A stretch of 64,000 bases of DNA, from NCBI GenBank assembly GCA_963764625.1, contig CAVXTH010000005.1, forward strand, positions 224,001 through 288,000, in the 5' to 3' direction. The position numbers and the translations under genes are program-made. Source of the DNA: Candidatus Krumholzibacteriota bacterium (GTDB taxonomy: Bacteria; Krumholzibacteriota; Krumholzibacteriia; JAJRXK01). This document shows, piece by piece, positions 58,672-64,000 of this stretch. The notes under the pieces are model-generated. The model saw only the letters and a program-made list of their open reading frames with translations, was not told where the DNA came from and made no database searches. The first letter of the stretch is position 1, and every line of letters begins with the position of its first letter.

Positions 58672-59846
58672 CCTGCCCTCCCCGTGCTCAGTCCTCGCAG
58701 TCGCGTCGCCAGCGGCGGCAGGACCTCCAGTACCCGGTCGATCTCGTCCTTTGTTGTCTCGCGACTGAGCGAAATCCGCAGCGCGCCGTGCAAACGCTCG
58801 GGCGCGAGTCCTTGGGCCAAGAGGACGTGGCTGGGCGTAAGACTGCCGGTGCTGCACGCGGACCCGGCCGAGCACGCGATGCCCGCTTCGTCCAAGAGCG
58901 TGAGCAGGGCTCCCGCCTCCATGCTCTCGACCGTGAAGTGGGTGGTGTTGCATACCCTCGGAGCGGATTCGGAGGTGATTTGGAGACTCGGTACGCTCTC
59001 CTTGAGTCTGCTCTCCAGGCGCCCGCGAAGAGCGCTCATGCCATGCGCCGCATCGTCCAGAAGAGACAGCGCGAGTTCGAGTGCCATGGCCAAACCGACG
59101 ATCCCCGGCGGGTTCTCGGTGCCTCCTCGCCGTCCGCCTTCCTGTCCGCCCGCCGGCAGCTGCGAGTAGAATGGCACCTCATCGCGCACCAGCAGGGCTC
59201 CGGCCCCCTTGGGCCCGTGGAATTTGTGAGCGGAGAGGGAGAGCAGGTCCACCGCTCGTGCGATGCTCTCCAGAGGGACTTTCCCCACCGCCTGCACCGC
59301 GTCGGTGTGTATGCGCGCGCCGCTCGCGTGGGCTATGTTGGCGAGTTCCTCGATGGGTTGGATCGCGCCCGTCTCGTTATTGGCCGTCATGACGCTCACC
59401 AGCGCCGTGTATGGCCTGATCATTTTCTTCAGCTGGCTCGGCTCGACGCGCCCTTGCGCGTCGACCCCCAGCTTGGAGAGCTCGCAGGCCCCCTCGGCTT
59501 GCAGCTGCTCGGCCGTGGCCAGCACCGCCGGATGCTCGATCGCGCTGACCACGAGATGGCGGGGATTTGGCGCGGCGAGAACCACGCCGCGAAGAGCCAG
59601 TACGTCCGCCTCCGTCCCTCCCGAAGTGAACACCACTTCTTTGGGCGAGAATCCCAGGCCCGACGCCACCGAGCGTCGCGCTTTTCTCAGCGCCGCCGCA
59701 ACTTGATCGCCACGGCGGTGATGACTGCCTGGATTGCCCCAATTCTCCCGATAGAAGGGCAACATGGCATCGACGACCCTCGGGTCGGGTCTCGTGGTGG
59801 CGTTGTTGTCCAGGTAGATCAGCTCAGTCTCGTTCATCGCGGGCAC
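58668..59846 (-). CDS. iscS: Cysteine desulfurase (IscS/NifS family)
   Basis: IYLDNNATT, GNPGS.H, FTSGGTE, IEHPAV, HTDAVQ, SAHKFHGPKG (PLP Lys), SAGSACST. Confidence 0.92.
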   Translation of the reverse strand: MPAMNETELIYLDNNATTRPDPRVVDAMLPFYRENWGNPGSHHRRGDQVAAALRKARRSVASGLGFSPKEVVFTSGGTEADVLALRGVVLAAPNPRHLVVSAIEHPAVLATAEQLQAEGACELSKLGVDAQGRVEPSQLKKMIRPYTALVSVMTANNETGAIQPIEELANIAHASGARIHTDAVQAVGKVPLESIARAVDLLSLSAHKFHGPKGAGALLVRDEVPFYSQLPAGGQEGGRRGGTENPPGIVGLAMALELALSLLDDAAHGMSALRGRLESRLKESVPSLQITSESAPRVCNTTHFTVESMEAGALLTLLDEAGIACSAGSACSTGSLTPSHVLLAQGLAPERLHGALRISLSRETTKDEIDRVLEVLPPLATRLRGLSTGRAG

Positions 59847-59862
59847 AAGGTAGTCCTCCGGC

Positions 59863-61125
59863 TCAAATCGCGCGATCCATTCCGCTCATCGACTCGTCCA
59901 CCACCTCATCCGCCAAGCCGGCCGCCACGATCTCGAAAAGAGGGCTCTTTCCGCCCTCGCTCAAGACCGTTTCGGGCGCGAAATCCTCGCGAGATACCGC
60001 TCTCTTGAAGGTATCCGCAAGCACCACGACTCGCCGGTGGGCCGCTCTCGCGGCCGCGGCGAGCCGCGCGGTTCCGATCTTGTTGGCGAAACTGCCGTCT
60101 TGGAACACCGAATCCGCTCCGACGATCAGAAGCTCGGCGTCGGCGATTCTGGAAACGAGATCCTCGTCCTCAAGAAGCGTGACCTCATACCCCATGCCCC
60201 GAAGCTCCTCGGCAAAAGCTACCCCCTCCCCACCGGGTAGCGCGCGGGAGAGAAGCACGGTTCGTGGAGCGCGGCCCGTTTCTCTCGCCTTGTCGAAGGC
60301 GTCGCGTACCGTGCTGGAGGACGAGAACGTCGCGACCGTTTTCGTGTCCAGGAGCCGGCGCGCGCCGGCAGAGGCGGTGCGCGTGAGGGCTTGCACGTAC
60401 TCCGACTTCAGCTGCCGCACCCGATCGCGCAGAAGCTCGCGCTCGCGCGGACGCAAGGGAGCCACCCGCGGCGCCGGGCCCTCCTTTAGCTCCAAGGGGC
60501 CCTGCCCCGAAAGCCAACGCCAGCCGAGCTGGGCCAGGGGAGTCATGGCGGGTCGCGCGGTCGCGAGTTCCTGGGCGGTAACTACGACCTCCGCCCAATT
60601 CGAAAGGGCGGGAATCAGCTCGTCGAGTTCACGCAACAGGAAGGCCGCGAGCTCGGCTGCTCCGTGCCTCAGGTCTCCGCGCAATTCTCTAAGGGTGTCA
60701 AGGAGCCGCTCCGGCGGCTGGGGCAAAAGCGAGTGCAGCGCCTCGGAAAGGCGAGGCACCGTCTTGTAGGCTTCGAGTTCGGACGGGCGTGACCAACGCG
60801 ACTCGTCGTTTTCCCGGTTGAGACGCGGAGACTCGGGGTCGTGCACGAGCCAGAGGAACGAATGTACTCTCCACAGGGTGTCGCGCGCCTCCTCGAACAC
60901 TTCGAAAGGAGCCGCGGCGGCTAGCGGGCGCAGCGAATCTCCCTGGTAGCCGGTCTCCTCGCGAATCTCGCGGCGCGCCGTCTGCTGCGGAGTCTCGTGC
61001 GCTTCCACCCTGCCGCTCACCACCGACCACGCATCCGGATAGGAATGCATACTCGCGCGCCGGTGCATGAGAAGCACGCGTCCCTGACGCCAGAGAAAGG
61101 AGGATGCGGTATCGCGGCGTCTCAT
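59863..61125 (-). CDS. NUDIX hydrolase fused to an eIF-2B/MtnA-family (IF-2B) domain
   Basis: Nudix box GRVEAHETPQQTARREIREETGY; then HGA, TFSSSSTV, PGGEG, VGADSV..DG..ANKIGT, DTFK, PLFE. Confidence 0.85.
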   Translation of the reverse strand: MRRRDTASSFLWRQGRVLLMHRRASMHSYPDAWSVVSGRVEAHETPQQTARREIREETGYQGDSLRPLAAAAPFEVFEEARDTLWRVHSFLWLVHDPESPRLNRENDESRWSRPSELEAYKTVPRLSEALHSLLPQPPERLLDTLRELRGDLRHGAAELAAFLLRELDELIPALSNWAEVVVTAQELATARPAMTPLAQLGWRWLSGQGPLELKEGPAPRVAPLRPRERELLRDRVRQLKSEYVQALTRTASAGARRLLDTKTVATFSSSSTVRDAFDKARETGRAPRTVLLSRALPGGEGVAFAEELRGMGYEVTLLEDEDLVSRIADAELLIVGADSVFQDGSFANKIGTARLAAAARAAHRRVVVLADTFKRAVSREDFAPETVLSEGGKSPLFEIVAAGLADEVVDESMSGMDRAI

Positions 61126-61234
61126 GTGCTTCGCTGAAGGGGTTCAAAGCAGGAGGCCAGTCCCCTCGGACTGGCCTCTGCGCTCGTCGAGCTCGTTTCC
61201 ACGGCGCTGCACCAGGCGTCGCGGAACGCCCTTA

Positions 61235-61876
61235 TTAGTTGTTGAAACCGGCCTTGAGTCCACCGAAGCTGCTGGGCTCGGTTCCCACCACCGGCTCCGT
61301 GGGCTCGACCTTGCCGTCCCATTGTTCGTCGAAACCGGGTTCGACGTAGGCGGCATCGCGACTCCCAGCCGCCAAGAACGGCCAGTTCGTCTGATCGGGC
61401 GGCGCGAGATCGTCCAGACGAGTTCCCCCGGTCCAATCCACCGTTCCCAAGATCGAGATGGCGCGCAAGTACGGGGGGAAGACCTGAGTGACGTCCGAAC
61501 GGGAGAGACCGGAGAGAACCCCGGTGAGAATCGCCGTTCCGTCTGTGAAGGTGCCGAGATTGGCGTAGTCCGCAACCGTCGTGTTGTCCTCATACAGGGC
61601 GATCACTCCCGACGCAAAAGTCTGGCTGTTGCCAGTATCCGTGAGGAGATTGGCGCCGGTGACCACGATGGTGTAATCCTGGCCCGCAAAGTCCAGCGGA
61701 ATGGGAGGCACGACCAAGCCGGAGCCTTCCTGCACCACACTGTACATGGTGAGCGGGTTCCCGATGGTGGTGGGAATGGTCGCCTGTCCCAGGAAGTCGA
61801 AGGCCTGCTGTGCGAATGCGAACTGCGGCACGCCGATCAGGAGCACGCAGCAGAGGGCGAGGAGCATCTTCTTCAT
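61235..61876 (-). CDS. Secreted acidic beta-rich protein with C-terminal SFGGLKAGF motif
   Basis: GGAGG SD; signal MKKMLLALCCVLLIGVPQFAFA; TFTDGTAILTG motif shared with the upstream paralog. Confidence 0.85.
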   Translation of the reverse strand: MKKMLLALCCVLLIGVPQFAFAQQAFDFLGQATIPTTIGNPLTMYSVVQEGSGLVVPPIPLDFAGQDYTIVVTGANLLTDTGNSQTFASGVIALYEDNTTVADYANLGTFTDGTAILTGVLSGLSRSDVTQVFPPYLRAISILGTVDWTGGTRLDDLAPPDQTNWPFLAAGSRDAAYVEPGFDEQWDGKVEPTEPVVGTEPSSFGGLKAGFNN

Positions 61877-61888
61877 GTGTTGTCCTCC

Positions 61889-62563
61889 TTAGCGTTGGCT
61901 GCCGTATTGAGATTTCATTGTACCCCAGTCCGCGCTCGGTGCGGGCACGGCGGAGTCAATGTCGAGAATTCCATCCAGCTGGAGATCATATCCGTCGGGA
62001 ATCTGTGCTCCAACGTCGTTGGTGAAAGACCCACCCCAGGTGAAGATACAACCACTGCAGCTGGTGATGAGCTCACCGGAGAGTCCATCCGCCGGACCGC
62101 CGTAGCTTCCAGCGCCGAAGGGATCGTAGCTGATGGCAAAGCTGGTGAAGGAACCCTTCAGCAGCAGGGTACCGTCGGTGAAGGTCGAGGGGACGGTCCC
62201 GTTGGGGGGGTTGATTCCGTAGGCCGCGTTCTTCGCGGCATCGCGGTAGACCTCGAGCGTTCCACCGGTGTAGTAGTAGGTGGTGAAACCCGGGGCCGGG
62301 TCATCCACGGAAGCACCAGTGCTGATGAGACCGTAGACGTAGAAGGTGACCTCTTCGGTGCCGAGGTCGACGCCCATCAGAGGATCAGCCCAGTCGGAAA
62401 CGCCGACGAACTGCAGCTCGTCGCCCGGATTGCTCGGCGGATATCCGCCGGTTTCCCACGCATAGCCAACGTAATCGGTGATCTCGATCCCTTGCGCAGC
62501 CGTGGCCGGAATCAAAGCCCCCACCGCAAACAAGACAACGAGCATCGAGCGCAAAAATCGCAT
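61889..62563 (-). CDS. Secreted acidic beta-rich protein with C-terminal DWGTMKSQY motif
   Basis: GGAGG SD; signal MRFLRSMLVVLFAVGALIPATAA; TFTDGTLLLKG motif. Confidence 0.85.
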   Translation of the reverse strand: MRFLRSMLVVLFAVGALIPATAAQGIEITDYVGYAWETGGYPPSNPGDELQFVGVSDWADPLMGVDLGTEEVTFYVYGLISTGASVDDPAPGFTTYYYTGGTLEVYRDAAKNAAYGINPPNGTVPSTFTDGTLLLKGSFTSFAISYDPFGAGSYGGPADGLSGELITSCSGCIFTWGGSFTNDVGAQIPDGYDLQLDGILDIDSAVPAPSADWGTMKSQYGSQR

Positions 62564-62811
62564 GTGTGCCTCCCTGATTTCCTGACTGGTGCGCGCGAGC
62601 TAGGACCTCACGCGCGCCAGCACGCTGTAGAGTCGAGACGGCTCATAAGTCCCGGGTGCCGAGAGGCAACGCAAGCGAGCGCTGACGAAGGCCCCGGGGA
62701 CTTTGGGGACACGAATCGAGGTGTATAGAGGAGCCCAGTCAGAATACAGCGTCATGACGGCGAATTGCAAGCGTTCCTTCCAAATGGCGGAAACTGGCGC
62801 CCCCTCGGAAC

Positions 62812-64000
62812 TCAACCGCGTCCCGCCAGGGAAACTCGCCTCCCCAGAAGACTTTCCGTGAGCAGGAACAGGCCGGCCAGAAGCAGGAACAGCCGGTGAA
62901 CGGGACGGCCGGTGCGAGCTTGTTGAAGGTCTTGCGCTACGTCTTCGCCCTCCAAGGTCCGAACGCCGCGCCCCGCAGCCCCGAACACCTCACGGGTGAA
63001 GTCCGCGGTCTCAAAGAATTTGCGCGTGGATTCCCCAGCCGGAACATTCGCCGCGAACTGGGCCCAAGGGGAGCCGTCGAGAAGAACCGTATACAGACCC
63101 GGATCGGCGATCACACCGAAGCGAAGCCGCGGCGGTGCCGCGGTGGCATCGACTTCCACCGCTTGCGTCTCTTGGGTGGGCGTGCGCAACTGAACCGCCG
63201 TTTCGGCTTTCAACCCGCCCGGCGCCTCGCTCGAAAGGGCTTGCCCCACCTCGATGTCTCGATGCAGCCCCCCACCGGCGGCAGTCGCCAGATAGGCGGT
63301 CGCCCGCTGCGTGAAGGGAAGAAACATGGGAGAGAACGGGAGATCTCCGGAGCTGGCCGAGGGATGGAATCCGCAGAGCAACAGTCGGCCCTCACCCACC
63401 GCGATCTCGCTGACCGCGACACCACCTCCACGGTACTCGAACAGAGGCTGACCGGCCCCTCCTTCGATGCGGTAGAAGTCGCGCAACTTTGCCTCTTCCA
63501 AAGTGGCGATCTCCTCAGGGGTGAAGCCCTGGAAGATGGGGTGATTCCGCGCGAGCACTTCGAGGTGTTCGATGCTCTCTTCCCCGCCGCGGAACTCGCT
63601 CAGACGCGCCGTGGTCCAGGAGGGAAAGAGCTTCTCGTTCGCATACTCACGTTCCCTGGGGTCCCCACAAAACAGGAGCATGGTCCCGCCGCCGCGCAAA
63701 TAATCGGTGAGCGCGGCCAGGCGCGCCGCGCCGAAGTCGTGCGGATCGGCCGCCAACACCACCCGGTGGGAGGCAAGTGATTCCACGTCCATGCGGGAGC
63801 AATCCACGCTCGTGAGCGCAAAATCGCCTTCGGCGTCCCCCGCGGGATTCAGAGCGGCGGCCAAAAAGACCAGGGGATCGCGCCGGGCCTCGGTCTGCGC
63901 GAAGCCCCTCAAGACCAGCACCGGAACCCGATCGGTGACTTCGACCACGAAGTACCGCTGGTCGTCGGGAGGGAAGCGATCGGGCCTGAGGCGCGCCGAG
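62812..64000 (-). CDS. C-terminal part of a BatA/VWA-associated membrane protein (5' end outside the window)
   Basis: DDQRYF, YLRGGG.MLLF.G, HPIF..F, GEGRLL, DLPFSPMF.P, PGLY, AANVP..ES, C-terminal TM LLLAGLFLLTESLL; pattern typical of BatA-domain proteins. Confidence 0.65.
   Translation of the reverse strand, partial: SARLRPDRFPPDDQRYFVVEVTDRVPVLVLRGFAQTEARRDPLVFLAAALNPAGDAEGDFALTSVDCSRMDVESLASHRVVLAADPHDFGAARLAALTDYLRGGGTMLLFCGDPREREYANEKLFPSWTTARLSEFRGGEESIEHLEVLARNHPIFQGFTPEEIATLEEAKLRDFYRIEGGAGQPLFEYRGGGVAVSEIAVGEGRLLLCGFHPSASSGDLPFSPMFLPFTQRATAYLATAAGGGLHRDIEVGQALSSEAPGGLKAETAVQLRTPTQETQAVEVDATAAPPRLRFGVIADPGLYTVLLDGSPWAQFAANVPAGESTRKFFETADFTREVFGAAGRGVRTLEGEDVAQDLQQARTGRPVHRLFLLLAGLFLLTESLLGRRVSLAGRG

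Noticed and set aside
41-63780. Many long plus-strand ORFs (e.g. 5448..7040, 14922..16286, 21530..22990, 61124..62728)
   Set aside because: They are antisense shadows of well-supported minus-strand genes, expected at high GC, and carry no family motifs

Overview
A GC-rich bacterial chromosomal segment with about 45 protein-coding genes, all on the minus strand except one CPBP protease. No rRNA, tRNA, CRISPR array or mobile element was recognised. The backbone is housekeeping: mfd, surA, ftsEX-envC, holB, tatD, rsmA, secDF, nnr, tsaD, priA, rho, rpmE, prfA-prmC, trkH, murA and selB. Four uncharacterised modules are interleaved. (1) A five-gene c-di-GMP locus: REC-GGDEF followed by two [histidine kinase-GAF-HD-GYP fusion + stand-alone receiver] pairs, with progressively degenerate HD-GYP domains. 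(2) An envelope operon: giant NtrY-like kinase, DUF4159, DUF4175-like, TPR protein and a Bacteroidetes-type 'AsnB-like' protein. (3) A beta-barrel outer-membrane protein with two lipoproteins. (4) Two paralogous secreted proteins which, like one of those lipoproteins, end in a shared [WF]-G-x-[LM]-[KR]-[AS]-x-[FYL] motif, a candidate undescribed C-terminal sorting signal. Gene content suggests an FCB-group candidate phylum such as Krumholzibacteriota, Latescibacterota or Eisenbacteria (inference, not verified). Seven apparent small frameshifts split five genes and are most simply read as sequencing or assembly indels. All domain calls come from visual motif recognition; no database searches were run.
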